Counted from the first letter of the stretch, positions 35,816-46,571 are shown. The stretch: 64,000 nucleotides of DNA from an uncultured virus (IMG/VR IMGVR_UViG_3300027851_000013) (IMGVR_UViG_3300027851_000013), one strand, 5' to 3'. The notes: generated by a model from the letters alone, not told the origin. Numbers and translations are program-made.

Positions 35816-36298
35816 ATGAAATCATTATCTCACGCTGAAGTGGTTCATCGTGCAGTTAGGTGGCTTAGAGGCCAAAACAAGTGTTCTACGGTCTATGCCG
35901 AAATGACCACTTCCCACAGCGAAGTTCCTGATGTCATTGGTTGGCACAATGGGATCTCTCATGCCGTAGAGTGTAAGATATCAAGGAAGGATTTTCAGAA
36001 GGAATTACGCACCAAGGCAGCCGCTATACACAACTGGTGCGGAGTAGGCAGATACAGATGGTACCTAACTCCCAAAGATCTGATACTTCCACATGAAGTT
36101 CCTGACTGGTGTGGTCTTGCCTATATCTGTGGGGGAGTAGTCCGTATCGAGAAAGAGGCGCCATGTCGCTCTGAGTGCGATCTTCAAGGCGAAGTACAGA
36201 TGTTACTTAGTGCCATCAAAAGACTTGAAGGAGGCTTTTCCTTCGACAGAAAAACTGCTCGATGGGAATCCTATAAGAAGAACAGGAAAAGAACATGA
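35816..36298 (+). CDS. PD-(D/E)XK-like nuclease (MmcB-like)
   Basis: EVPDVIGW...VECKISRKDF...RWYLTP...GL. Confidence 0.65.
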   Translation: MKSLSHAEVVHRAVRWLRGQNKCSTVYAEMTTSHSEVPDVIGWHNGISHAVECKISRKDFQKELRTKAAAIHNWCGVGRYRWYLTPKDLILPHEVPDWCGLAYICGGVVRIEKEAPCRSECDLQGEVQMLLSAIKRLEGGFSFDRKTARWESYKKNRKRT

Positions 36299-36804
36299 CA
36301 CAGCCTGAACTCGTTCGCGAATCTAGATTTACCTTGGCTAATGACTCTGATGACCTGTGGTTTTCGTTGAAGATCTTTCACAACGGCGACGAAACTCCGG
36401 ACGGTAAAAAGGATCCAAAGGGGTTGTTTTGGAATCAGGAGCTTGTCCTTGTTTCCAATAGCGGAAATAGCACGACCCTGACTCTTACTACCCTGCCCCT
36501 AACACCCCAGAGGCTCAGGGAACTTGCTGACCACATAGAAAGAGAATTTGGCCGCGCTACTGTTTCCATTCTTTCTAAATCTGGATTTACCCTGCCAAAC
36601 AAGGATTTCTCCATCAGGGAAGGAGATAATGTTATGGTGTGGGTAGGTGGCGCTCATCTTGAGGTGTTTAAGCTGCTGTCTGTCGATGAAAACTCGGATA
36701 CTGCGACTGCTCTCAGCCCCTCTGGGCAAAAGATGAATGTGTTGATTTCTGACATCGAAGGTGTCACCTCGGCTCCTGTACAGTTCGTCTCGGTGAGTCC
36801 TTGA
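36295..36804 (+). CDS. hypothetical protein
   Basis: ATGA overlap. Confidence 0.55.
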   Translation: MTQPELVRESRFTLANDSDDLWFSLKIFHNGDETPDGKKDPKGLFWNQELVLVSNSGNSTTLTLTTLPLTPQRLRELADHIEREFGRATVSILSKSGFTLPNKDFSIREGDNVMVWVGGAHLEVFKLLSVDENSDTATALSPSGQKMNVLISDIEGVTSAPVQFVSVSP

Positions 36805-37586
36805 TACCTTTCTATTTTCCTCTTGAGTTCGTAGACGAGAAGAACAAGCTGGGCTTGTTCAGACACGGAACAGACTTCGGAAATGGAAAGTCAGACCTGG
36901 AGATGTTTCAGCGTGATGAGTTCTACGAACTCTACGTAAACCAAAAGGCAAAGAGAAACTTCTTTCAGTATAGTCCGGACCATCTTGGTCTCCTTCGTGA
37001 TGCTTGCTTGTACATGAAGAGGGTTGGGAGGCTCGACCTTCCAGACCTTCCTATACCTAGAGAGGTACCTTCATTCTTCGCTTCTCTCGCGTCCACTGTG
37101 CAGGAAGACATTGTCGTTCTTTCTGCTGGTCACGAGTATAGCGGAAAGATCGTTGCGCTCAGTGTCAATTTTCCTAGTGGGTGGCGGCCCGAACATCTCC
37201 TTGGAAAAACGTTCTCTGAAATCCACAAGCCCATTCCTGGATTTCCTATGGGAACGTCTTCTTCCCTTGTTAAGGCCATGGTGACCCGTGGGCCCTACGT
37301 TAGGTTTGTGTGGACTGTCACTTCAGAGGATGCTCTCAGTCAGCATCCAGACACCAGGACCGTAAGGTTTTCTTCTCTGGAGGATTCCTACCTACGTGTA
37401 GAGAGACAGTCAACCTTTCCTCTTCCAGACAGCGATGGTAGTATATTCCTGATACGTGTGTACGTCTATCCTGTAAAGGAATTGTCAGAAGAAAGAAGGA
37501 ACATTTTGAGGGAAGCTCTATTGAACATGTCTTCCGATATGGTAGAATACAAGGGATTGTCCGAGCTTGTATCTTTGCTCGGGTGA
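36801..37586 (+). CDS. DUF3445 / heme-dependent oxidative N-demethylase alpha-like protein
   Basis: VQED...FPSGW.P...GK.F.EIH.PIP, RFVW, LRVERQ...LP...FLIR, YKG. Confidence 0.8.
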   Translation: MIPFYFPLEFVDEKNKLGLFRHGTDFGNGKSDLEMFQRDEFYELYVNQKAKRNFFQYSPDHLGLLRDACLYMKRVGRLDLPDLPIPREVPSFFASLASTVQEDIVVLSAGHEYSGKIVALSVNFPSGWRPEHLLGKTFSEIHKPIPGFPMGTSSSLVKAMVTRGPYVRFVWTVTSEDALSQHPDTRTVRFSSLEDSYLRVERQSTFPLPDSDGSIFLIRVYVYPVKELSEERRNILREALLNMSSDMVEYKGLSELVSLLG

Positions 37587-37593
37587 GTCTCAT

Positions 37594-37679
37594 GCCGAGG
37601 TGGCGAAATTGGCAGACGCGCTTCTTTTAGGGGGAAGTGTCATTTATGGCGTGCAGGTTCGATCCCTGTCCTCGGTACC
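37594..37679 (+). tRNA. tRNA-Leu(UAG)
   Basis: Class II, TT-TAG-GG loop. Confidence 0.9.
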
Positions 37680-37700
37680 GCTGCATTAGAAAGGATTAGT

Positions 37701-37964
37701 ATGACCCCTGAAGCTTTTTGTTACTGGCTGCAAGGATTCTTTGAGCTGTCTGACGTAGAGACCTTGTCTCCCAAGCAGGTCGAAGCGGTAAAGAACCATC
37801 TAAACTTGGTTTTCGAACACGTTATAGACCCCTCCTACACAAGCCACCTGTCGAAGGAAGACGCAGGAAAGGTCCAGGCTCACTTGAACGAAGTGCATAA
37901 ACCCACTGGCGCATCGAACAAGCTTACTGGTGTGTCGCACAAGCCTGTTTCGTACCGTTGTTGA
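37701..37964 (+). CDS. conserved phage hypothetical protein
   Basis: MTPEAFCYWLQGFFE motif. Confidence 0.65.
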   Translation: MTPEAFCYWLQGFFELSDVETLSPKQVEAVKNHLNLVFEHVIDPSYTSHLSKEDAGKVQAHLNEVHKPTGASNKLTGVSHKPVSYRC

Positions 37965-38278
37965 TGGAAGACGTGCATACATGGTTGGATGAGTTGCAGG
38001 AAGTGCACTTACACAGGTCTAGTCATGATATTCTAGACTTCATGTTCGAGCACATAGATGACTTGCTTTGTGCTGGAGAGTTCGACAAGGTAGGGGAGCT
38101 ATTAGACGCTGTAGACATGTCCAAGTTGGACGTTCTTCTGGTGATAGGCTTCTTGTCCATCACGCTGCGTGCGGCTCCTGTGCTTCCTACTCGTCCATCT
38201 TTTGTTGCACGGGCAACTGAGCGTATCAGAGAGCTGGACCCCGAACGAATGAAAAGTCTTCTCATTGGATTGGATTGA
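37964..38278 (+). CDS. hypothetical protein (paralog of 32404-32748)
   Basis: DDLLCAGEFDKV motif. Confidence 0.55.
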   Translation: MEDVHTWLDELQEVHLHRSSHDILDFMFEHIDDLLCAGEFDKVGELLDAVDMSKLDVLLVIGFLSITLRAAPVLPTRPSFVARATERIRELDPERMKSLLIGLD

Positions 38279-38569
38279 GTATGCCCAAGAAACCAAAATC
38301 CGTTACGGCTAGCTTTGTGGAGAGTCCCTCCTCCTCTATCTCCAAGGTACAACGACCTACTGTAGTGAAAGCTACACTTTCTTTCGAGGGAGTAGTGACA
38401 GAGGGGTGTGAGGATGCTGTAATGGCTTTCCTAGGGGATCACCTGCGCCGTTATCCCCTACAAGTAAAAGATGCAGAAGGAAATGTGATCTCCCTTTCCT
38501 ACAAGGGAGGCGCTAAATTTAGAGTTGAATTCGACAGGCTCGGGATATCCTCTTCTGTATAACTCCTAT

Positions 38570-38652
38570 GGGGTCGTGGCGGAACTGGCAGACGCAGTGG
38601 TTTCAAACTCCACCGGGCGACCGTGAGGGTTCGACTCCCTCCGACCCTACCA
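38570..38652 (+). tRNA. tRNA-Leu(CAA)
   Basis: Class II, TT-CAA-AC loop, CCA. Confidence 0.88.
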
Positions 38653-38662
38653 AAGACACTCT

Positions 38663-39112
38663 ATGTGGGTAACATGTTACACTGACGCCTCTTGGAATCC
38701 ATCCAAATCCGAGGGAGCAGTAGCCTATTGGCTAAGATCTGACCAAGGTAGAATCGTTGATTCTACGGCTTGTCCTCCGCAGGTCACTTGTAACAATACT
38801 GCAGAAATGTGCGCTATTCTTTTGGGTGTGAGAAGAGCGCTGAGAGAGTGGCGAGAAACTGAAGGAATATGCGTAAATACTGACTCTCAGGTAGCCATCA
38901 CCTACTTGAAGTATGGTGCGGACACTTCTTCTTTGAGAAGAGAAGACTGGTTTGTGTGGCGACGTTGGTTACACAACATCTTGGATAAGAGAAACTGTAG
39001 GGTGCGTTTCAAGCACGTAAAAGCGCACCAGGCTCCAAGTAACGTGCGTCACTACCTTAACAACCAGGTAGATTCCATATCACGGGCGGTTCTAAATGCG
39101 CAAAAAGTCTGA
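38663..39112 (+). CDS. ribonuclease H (RNase HI-like)
   Basis: YTDAS, NNTAEM, NTDSQ, HVKAH, NNQVD catalytic residues. Confidence 0.85.
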   Translation: MWVTCYTDASWNPSKSEGAVAYWLRSDQGRIVDSTACPPQVTCNNTAEMCAILLGVRRALREWRETEGICVNTDSQVAITYLKYGADTSSLRREDWFVWRRWLHNILDKRNCRVRFKHVKAHQAPSNVRHYLNNQVDSISRAVLNAQKV

Positions 39113-39566
39113 CATCAGTTACCCCTCTTCTCACTATAAAAGGTGGGAGAAAGAGGCTAACTTCTACGTGTATCTTTCTGACCTTCTGGGAGAAGATATT
39201 GTTTTAGACCCGAAGGCGCCCGTCTTCGCAGAAGACCAGGCTGTAAGGTTTCTTCTTGGAGATGCGGCTGATCAGGTACACTCCTGGGTAAATAAAAATA
39301 TCGAGGATATCAGGGATACACTTCCTTCAAACATAGAAGATCTAACTTGGAACCTCCTAAGTTACACTGAGGGATACGAACCTGAGTATATTGCCGTAAC
39401 GTTAAGGGCTTCTGGTTTCCTAAAGAAAACAGACCTAGAAATTCTTCGTTATGAAGAATCTCAAGCAAAGAAAAAGGCTGCTCGCAAGGTTCAGATTTCT
39501 AAGAAAGAAATGAAAGAAAGAGAACAACTAGCGAGGCTCAAGAAGAAATATGAAACACAGCTATAG
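39096..39566 (+). CDS. hypothetical protein
   Basis: Packed ORF. Confidence 0.5.
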   Translation: MRKKSDISYPSSHYKRWEKEANFYVYLSDLLGEDIVLDPKAPVFAEDQAVRFLLGDAADQVHSWVNKNIEDIRDTLPSNIEDLTWNLLSYTEGYEPEYIAVTLRASGFLKKTDLEILRYEESQAKKKAARKVQISKKEMKEREQLARLKKKYETQL

Positions 39567-39864
39567 GAAACGTTCTTTCTCAATTCCCTCTTACGCAGAC
39601 ACTTACGTTCCTAAAGAGGATAGCTCTGGGGCTTTTCTTCGTGGGTGGATAGAAGCAGACCTAGACTTCTGCGAAAATATCCCTTTCTGTGGTATAGGAG
39701 GATTAGACCAGCGAGGCGACCCCATGGTTCCATCCTACATTCCTCTAGAACAGGAAGAGGAGTGGCTACTTGGCTACTTTGGTCAAGTGTACTATCGTCT
39801 TGGTTCCGACTGGGAGACAGTCAATTTTAGTTGGTCCCCTGCCATTGATCTGAAGTGAGAACTC

Positions 39865-41211
39865 ATGTACATCACAAACACCGACTTCTATCAGCTGGCA
39901 ATGGTCTACTCCCATTGGAGGAGTGGTCGACACAAGGTGTTGGCGACAGCAGAGGCATACTTCCGCAGGGTTCCAACGGATTTGTCAACAAATGACATTA
40001 TCATGTCTGGAGCGTATAGGATAGCAGAGCTGGTACACACCTCTTCCTTTCTAGATTCCGTCTCCCTTATTACTAAAGATCTTTTGGAATCTTTCATTCC
40101 TCACGGCCACGTTGACGACTTTCACGCCTGGCTTCATAATGATTTTGTACAATCGTTTAAACGTGTCAGCATAGTGTGTGCTCCTGATGGAGAGCGCATT
40201 TATTACGATCACCCCGTAGTACAAGTCTGTGGCCCCATATGCTGGGTCCATCTCCTGGAGACACAGATACTCAGTATCTTGAACTCTTCTGTCCGTACAG
40301 CATCACTTGCTCACAAGATTCGACGAGTGACTCCTTCTCGAATATCTCTTTTCGAGTTTGGTACTCGTCGAATTCATGAGGCTCAGGCAGTTCATGTGGC
40401 AGTGGACTCGATTGTTGGCGGATTTGACGCCACCTCTAATTTAGAGGCAGGCCGAGTCTACGGCACGCCTGTTCGAGGCACTATGGCCCATTCATATGTC
40501 ATGTCCTATGGTTTGGGTGGGGAGCTATCTGCGTTCAAGGATTTTCTTAGGTCCTATCCCGAAACCAACTCCCTTCTCATTGACACTTACGATGTGAGGA
40601 AGGGTATACTTAATGCCATTCGTGCATCATTCGAGACACACATACCGCTCAATGCAGTCCGTCTTGATTCGGGGGAAATTAAGTCTCTGGTTCCGTTCAT
40701 TAGAACTACCTTGGACGGTATGGGATTCAGCGGGACCAAGATAGTAGTATCTGGAGATTTCTGCGAGGAGAAGATTTCTTCTCTGGGCCAATTCATACCT
40801 ATAGACGGTATCGGAATAGGTTCCAGAATTAGTGATCCAGGGTTCTCGATGGGCTTCGTCTATAAGCTAGTGGCCGCGGAAGGAAAGCCTGTCATAAAGA
40901 TGGCTGGAAACAAGACTAGCCTTCCTGGAGCCAAGATTTGGACCAAGCTCGGATCCTGCTCGTATTTATATGATACAACAGCAGACACTGCCACCCTTTC
41001 AGAAAGAACAGTCGGGGAGTCCGTTCTCGTCGACTCCGCCCGCATCTTCTTTCCTCGTTTGAAGATGGAGGACGTACGGTCACGTATCTCAGCTCCTCCT
41101 TGTGTGTCTTTTTCTCGTTCTTCTGTGTCAGAGTGCTATCATAACACCTTAGAGGCGCATAAGAATGTCATGCCTACTCAGGTTCCTTGGATGGTTAAGG
41201 AAGGGTCTTGA
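39865..41211 (+). CDS. pncB: nicotinate phosphoribosyltransferase
   Basis: TDFYQLAM, LETQIL, EFGTRR, TSN, GTMAHS, LIDTYD, VRLDSG, VYKL. Confidence 0.88.
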   Translation: MYITNTDFYQLAMVYSHWRSGRHKVLATAEAYFRRVPTDLSTNDIIMSGAYRIAELVHTSSFLDSVSLITKDLLESFIPHGHVDDFHAWLHNDFVQSFKRVSIVCAPDGERIYYDHPVVQVCGPICWVHLLETQILSILNSSVRTASLAHKIRRVTPSRISLFEFGTRRIHEAQAVHVAVDSIVGGFDATSNLEAGRVYGTPVRGTMAHSYVMSYGLGGELSAFKDFLRSYPETNSLLIDTYDVRKGILNAIRASFETHIPLNAVRLDSGEIKSLVPFIRTTLDGMGFSGTKIVVSGDFCEEKISSLGQFIPIDGIGIGSRISDPGFSMGFVYKLVAAEGKPVIKMAGNKTSLPGAKIWTKLGSCSYLYDTTADTATLSERTVGESVLVDSARIFFPRLKMEDVRSRISAPPCVSFSRSSVSECYHNTLEAHKNVMPTQVPWMVKEGS

Positions 41212-41600
41212 TCATGGACATTGATTCTTTGATTGAAATGCTTGACGCTAGAGTAGACATCATCAATGAAAGCCTGGTTAGCTCAAGTCTGGACCTGACT
41301 CGGGAGACAGCTCTTCTGTCAGAGTTTATTTCTCGTCACCCAAAATCTAACTTTTCTGATGCCATACTGGACCTGAAAAAAATACAACGTAAAATGCTAG
41401 ATCTTTACACGGAAAGAGCCGCCGAACTATCCCTTCGTTGTGCCTTGATTCGCATTAAAAACAAAGACCAGGATGAAGACTCGGATTCTCCTGATTTTGA
41501 AGAATTCGAAACAAGATTTGGCACACTTCACCCAGGCGGAGGGGCTGTGACTTTAGGAGGAACTCCTGTTATCTTAGACGACGAACCCGTGGAAGATTGA
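41208..41600 (+). CDS. hypothetical protein
   Basis: Overlapping ORF. Confidence 0.5.
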   Translation: MIMDIDSLIEMLDARVDIINESLVSSSLDLTRETALLSEFISRHPKSNFSDAILDLKKIQRKMLDLYTERAAELSLRCALIRIKNKDQDEDSDSPDFEEFETRFGTLHPGGGAVTLGGTPVILDDEPVED

Positions 41601-41605
41601 GTTTA

Positions 41606-41692
41606 GGGGGCGTGGCGGAATGGAAGACGCTACGGACTTAAAATCCCGAGGACCATTGGTCTGTGAGGGTTCGACTCCCTCCGCCCCTACCA
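41606..41692 (+). tRNA. tRNA-Leu(UAA)
   Basis: Class II, CT-TAA-AA loop, CCA. Confidence 0.9.
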
Positions 41693-41707
41693 AAGAATCG
41701 CAACAAC

Positions 41708-42196
41708 ATGCGCACAGACTCCGATAAGAAATCTGAATACGTATCTAAGATTCTTTCTTATTTGGGAGAAGGATATCCTTCTCCAATAGGAACTAAAATC
41801 AGGGACATAGTGGAACACGAGGTAGAGCATCGGCTCAAGATGGGGTCAGTCGATGTCGTTAGAGACTCCATTAATGCCCTAAGTGGAGATTGGTCTAGAG
41901 TTATGTCAGACCTTTCCAAAGCTATGGCCAAGGAGCCATCCAGCACTAGCCACGTTGCACGCCGCATCGACGACTCGACCGAGGACGAGAGACTGGTGGC
42001 TTCGATGCACTCCTTCTCTAAGCCCAAGGAACAGCGACTTGCCGAGTTCGAGGCCTACTTGGCTGAGGCGGACGAGGATGAACCGGTCGTCTTGGTATCC
42101 GCTCGACCGGTCGAGGCGGTGGTTCCCCCGCGTATAGGTGTGGTCGCCCGTGCGGCGCGTCGCCTGGCTGCGATGGTTCGAGACCTCAAAGGCTGA
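41708..42196 (+). CDS. hypothetical protein
   Basis: ATG after the tRNA. Confidence 0.5.
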   Translation: MRTDSDKKSEYVSKILSYLGEGYPSPIGTKIRDIVEHEVEHRLKMGSVDVVRDSINALSGDWSRVMSDLSKAMAKEPSSTSHVARRIDDSTEDERLVASMHSFSKPKEQRLAEFEAYLAEADEDEPVVLVSARPVEAVVPPRIGVVARAARRLAAMVRDLKG

Positions 42197-42911
42197 AGAC
42201 CTCTGCGCACGTGTTCACTCTCGATGTACCCTTCTCCTTCTTCTTCAAAGGAACTATTTCATACTTATCTATAGGTAGGCTATGCGACAAGCATTCCATG
42301 CTGTTATTTACCCTATCACAATCCTAGTACGGATTGTGGATAAGGCGTACTTTTCTTATTTGAAGGTCCGCCCCAGACGTAATAATGGACCTGCAGCATG
42401 ACAGGGCAACCCACATCAGTTCCCTCGTGTCCTGCCTGTGGGTTCAGCTCAATCTACACTGACGGGCATGGCCCCTGTTCTGTGTCATGTGCTCTTAAGT
42501 TGACACAGAATGTGTATAGTTCTTGTTCTGTGTCTTTGGACAAGGCATTAGACCTAGTCCATAAAGAGGCCTTAGCAAGGGGTCTCCCCTACCAGCCTCA
42601 TTTCAGAGACATTAAGGAAGAGCAGTATCGTTACATTCTGGTTTCTGCGAAAAAGACTTCTACGTACTGGAGGTTGGACAGGGATATCCTGTCTTGCGGA
42701 CTTAACGTAGAGTACACGTGGGTTACACTTCCTCTTGGCAGAGGACGTCTATACCGTGTTGCTCCTTCTTTGCTTTCCTGCCTTCCAGAATCTATGCAGG
42801 ACTACAAGCTGAAGAATATGTCATTACATCAGCTCGTTTCAATGGCCAGGCTAGACATGTATTGGCACTTTCTTCCTGCTAAATAGGCTTTATCCATGTT
42901 ATATACCTGGT

Positions 42912-43262
42912 ATGGATACGCTACGTATCAAGCCATCCCGCATCCGTAGGATGAGGGAAATTGACAACCTCAATAAAGAAGCGAAGGAGGTCTTCGATGA
43001 ACTCAAAGAACACCGCAGAGAACGTCAGCGCCTGGCGAGAAAAGCCAGAAAGATGGCTAACAAGGTGCAGAAGTATTATCCTGACCTTCGAATCCTGGAA
43101 GATTCCTCTGAACTAAGTCTTCATTCTCAGATGGAGGACATAGCCCGATCTCTTCATCTTTCAAACGACCCTGACGAAGAAGACCCCATGAACGAGGCCA
43201 CCTCTTTGTTCGAGAAACTGTTTGACTTCTTTCGCCGACTTAGCTATGTTCCTTGGGCTTGA
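42912..43262 (+). CDS. hypothetical protein
   Basis: ORF followed by a terminator. Confidence 0.55.
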   Translation: MDTLRIKPSRIRRMREIDNLNKEAKEVFDELKEHRRERQRLARKARKMANKVQKYYPDLRILEDSSELSLHSQMEDIARSLHLSNDPDEEDPMNEATSLFEKLFDFFRRLSYVPWA

Positions 43263-43276
43263 CTTATCTCTTTCTT

Positions 43277-43306
43277 GAAAAGACCCCTGACATCAGGGGT
43301 CTTTTC
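43277..43306. terminator. intrinsic terminator
   Basis: GAAAAGACCCCTGA-ca-TCAGGGGTCTTTTC. Confidence 0.7.
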
Positions 43307-43411
43307 CGTTGGGTGTATTCCATGCTATTACTTTTATTTTTTGTGCTCCTCATGGCTCTTCTCTACATGAAGAAAACTGGCTACATTTCCCTAAATAGAA
43401 AGGATTGACAA

Positions 43412-43600
43412 ATGAAGCTCGTAGATGTTCGTTGCCTATCCTGTGGGCATATTCAAGAAGATTTCCTTCCTGCTTATGGAGATCCCGAGTGGGAAGTTTG
43501 TGAAGCATGCGGATCCTCCTCAATGGAGGAAGTTCGAGGAGAAATTGTTCCCTCTTCTTCCTCCAAGGCTCCAAATTCTGGGGCCGGTCCTTGGGGCTGA
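43412..43600 (+). CDS. FmdB-like zinc-ribbon protein
   Basis: RCLSCGH...CEACGS. Confidence 0.6.
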   Translation: MKLVDVRCLSCGHIQEDFLPAYGDPEWEVCEACGSSSMEEVRGEIVPSSSSKAPNSGAGPWG

Positions 43601-43617
43601 CCTGTAAAGGAACGAAA

Positions 43618-44538
43618 ATGACTCAGCACGACCTTCCCTACTTATCCCTTCTTTCCTCCATACTAGAGAATGGAGTTCGTAAAGAAAATAGAACAGGCGT
43701 AGACACCATCGGCCTACTCGGATACCAGATGAGGTTCGACCTTACTGCTGGTTTTCCTTTATTGACGAGTAAGAAGCTACCCCTGCGCTGGATCTTTGAG
43801 GAGCTTCGATGGTTCCTCAGCGGCTCAGTAGATGTGCGAGATCTCCAAGCTGCTGGAGTAGACATTTGGGATGAGTGGGCGACAGAAGCCCACAATAAGA
43901 AACATGGTCGTGAGTGGTGGAACATGGGTCCAATTTACTCCCATCAGTGGAGGAACTTCGGAGCCACACCCATTCTTAATACTTATGGAGACCCTGACAC
44001 AAATATCACTGTGCTTGACGAACGCAATCAACGTAAGTGTGTTGGTTATGCGTCAAATGGATTTGACCAGATTGCCTGGCTCTCGGGTCAGTTCTACGCC
44101 AAGAGCAACAGCCGACGTTTGATTTTGACAGGATGGAACCCCGCAGAAGCTGACTTGGTAGCCCTGCCTCCCTGTCATACCTTCAGCCAATGGACCGTCC
44201 AAGATGACAAACTTCACTGTCATCTTTTCCAACGTAGTGCTGACGTATTTCTTGGAGTGCCTTTTAACATTGCAAGTTACTCTCTGCTAACTCACATGTT
44301 TGCAAAGGCCTGCGGTCTGCAAGTTGGTTCGTTTGTTCATACGCTTCACGATGTCCACATCTACGAAAATCATGTGGATCAAGTTAAGGAACAGCTTTCA
44401 CGAACTCCTCCTGCATCTCCACAGATAGTTCTATCCGATGATGTAGCCTCTCTTCACGTGTGGGATGTAAAGTGGGAGCACATCAGTCTTGTTGGGTATA
44501 ATCCGCTGGCTAAGCTGTCTGCTGACGTTGCAGTATGA
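43618..44538 (+). CDS. thyA: thymidylate synthase
   Basis: NRTGVDT, FPLLT.KK, ELRWFL, IWDEW, SRRLI, LPPCH, QRSADVFLGVPFNIASY, HIYENH. Confidence 0.96.
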   Translation: MTQHDLPYLSLLSSILENGVRKENRTGVDTIGLLGYQMRFDLTAGFPLLTSKKLPLRWIFEELRWFLSGSVDVRDLQAAGVDIWDEWATEAHNKKHGREWWNMGPIYSHQWRNFGATPILNTYGDPDTNITVLDERNQRKCVGYASNGFDQIAWLSGQFYAKSNSRRLILTGWNPAEADLVALPPCHTFSQWTVQDDKLHCHLFQRSADVFLGVPFNIASYSLLTHMFAKACGLQVGSFVHTLHDVHIYENHVDQVKEQLSRTPPASPQIVLSDDVASLHVWDVKWEHISLVGYNPLAKLSADVAV

Positions 44539-45065
44539 ATCTCACCATAGACTACTTGAAATCTTGCAGCAAGATTCACTTCTTTGGCTTGGGGTTTATA
44601 CAGGTCAAGTTGAATGACTCTGTTCGTTATCACTTCTACTGTCCGGATCTTCCTCAATTCACAGACAGTCCTCACGACCATAGATATTGGTTTGTGTCTA
44701 CTGTTTTACGTGGTTCTCTACGCAACAAGATATGGGAGATAGACCCTTCTGAGGGCGGTCGTCCTAAGATTCAACGTTACGATTCATGTGGGTCAGGCGA
44801 GGCTCCTCCTAGGCTCACATGTGAAGTGCAGGCCAAGGTACGCACAGAGTTTGTTGTACAGGAAGGGTCTCAATACTTTATTCCTGCCGATGTGTTTCAT
44901 CAGGTTATGGCGGTTTCCTTACCCTGTATCACTATGATACAAAGAGGGCCCAAAGAGAAAAAGTTCGCCCGCATCCTTGAAGACTTTGATACGGTTCCTG
45001 TGTGTCCATTCTCTAAGGTATTAGAGGAGCATATTTTGTGGGATCACGTCAGGTCCTGTCTGTAA
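44535..45065 (+). CDS. cupin-like hypothetical protein
   Basis: PHDHRYWF.S.VL.G...FHQV. Confidence 0.6.
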   Translation: MNLTIDYLKSCSKIHFFGLGFIQVKLNDSVRYHFYCPDLPQFTDSPHDHRYWFVSTVLRGSLRNKIWEIDPSEGGRPKIQRYDSCGSGEAPPRLTCEVQAKVRTEFVVQEGSQYFIPADVFHQVMAVSLPCITMIQRGPKEKKFARILEDFDTVPVCPFSKVLEEHILWDHVRSCL

Positions 45066-45085
45066 CCACTCAAGAGGTATTTAGT

Positions 45086-45601
45086 ATGAAGAAGAAAGCG
45101 CACGAATTAGAAGATGAACTCGATGGTGTCCTTGGTGAAGTGGACGATGACGAGATTGACGACGAAATCGAGGACGAAGATGATGAGGAGGACACTCCTC
45201 CTGCTCGTCCAGCCTCGCCTGTAGCCAGACCAGTTCGTCCCGTATCGTCCGCTCCAGCTCCTGCGCCTTCCCTGGGTGAGGAGGAAGAAGTGTCTGCTGC
45301 TGAGTTTGACGCTGCAGCTAAGAAGCGAAGGGATCAGCAGGTGGTGAAGGATTACCTTCAGCGCAAGAAGGATGAGGAGACAATCTCTGTGGACGAGATA
45401 ACGGAGCTTCTCATCTCTGGCGATCAGGATAAGATTCTAAACGAGCTGTACCACTACTGTACAGACAATTCTGGAATCAAGAGAGCAAAGCAACTTCTTC
45501 GCGAAGGAAAGGCTCGTGCCACTGCTCGCATTGCCAGAATCTCTGGTGTAGTGGGCGTTATGTTGGATGAGCTGAAGTCAGAGAACGAAGGAAAAGATTG
45601 A
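45086..45601 (+). CDS. acidic hypothetical protein
   Basis: GAGG RBS; D/E- and P-rich N-terminus. Confidence 0.6.
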   Translation: MKKKAHELEDELDGVLGEVDDDEIDDEIEDEDDEEDTPPARPASPVARPVRPVSSAPAPAPSLGEEEEVSAAEFDAAAKKRRDQQVVKDYLQRKKDEETISVDEITELLISGDQDKILNELYHYCTDNSGIKRAKQLLREGKARATARIARISGVVGVMLDELKSENEGKD

Positions 45602-46010
45602 CTATGGCTTTTCTGGAGGGAGACTTGGTTTTGGACGCTGGCCGAAAGAACTTTGAAGATGCCGTATGCATCTGTGTCGGTGACAGCTACGCATGGAACA
45701 AAGGTCATACAAAAGTAGACTTGTACGCATTGTTTTCTCCTGACGGAAATGTACTTAGTAGCGGGATCGTGCAGCGAAGAAGGACCCGCAGTTCGTCTAC
45801 CCTAAAACCTTTTAGTATGGACTCGCTGAAAAGTAAGTCAGTTCCATCTCCTCTTCCTCCCTCTGCTTTTCATTCTCCGGCGCAGATAAAAAGGTCCTTC
45901 TTCAGAGAAAACCCCGAACTGGTTCTCAGCTACGTGGAGATGGTGGGGGTGGTTGTCATAGTAGACGATAACGGACAGACACGGATGACTCTTTCTTTCC
46001 CTACTGCGGA

Positions 46011-46571
46011 TTGACCATGTGGTTAGACCTAGAGTCCTTTGTTTCTTCCTACCAGGGGCCTAAGCTTCGTCTGTTGTTCACAGGAGCTGGAGCATGGGCC
46101 TCTGGTCTTTTAGGCGTTCCTGGCGCGTCTTCTGTCGTGGACAGCTTGCACATACCCTATTCCTACGATGCTGTTCGTTCCTTGCTAGAAAAGTGGCACC
46201 CCAACGCAGATACAGTCTTGGAGAATAGTGGAGCCGTATCAGCAGAAATGGCCACCGCTTTGCACTTGTGCAATTGTCATGACTTGGGATCGCTGGTTCC
46301 TGTTACTGTTACAGCTGCCATAACTACTTCAAGGTATCGAAAGGGAGACAACCACGCCTATATTGTGGTGGGTCATCCTTCTTCCTTTGATGTCTACCAC
46401 TTAATCCTAGACAAGCTTTCCGAGCAAGAGCACGTCCAGCCCATGATAACTACAAAGAGATACGTACAAGATAGAGTAATTGGAGAAGTAGCTCTTTCCT
46501 TAGCGTGCTCTCTTTCCCACCCACTTTTATCCGAACTCATGGAAGGAGGTTACCTTGTCAGACTTTCCTAA
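46011..46571 (+). CDS. CinA/PncC-like domain protein
   Basis: TGAG...LLGVPGAS......PYS...AVS.EMA..L. Confidence 0.65.
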   Translation: MTMWLDLESFVSSYQGPKLRLLFTGAGAWASGLLGVPGASSVVDSLHIPYSYDAVRSLLEKWHPNADTVLENSGAVSAEMATALHLCNCHDLGSLVPVTVTAAITTSRYRKGDNHAYIVVGHPSSFDVYHLILDKLSEQEHVQPMITTKRYVQDRVIGEVALSLACSLSHPLLSELMEGGYLVRLS

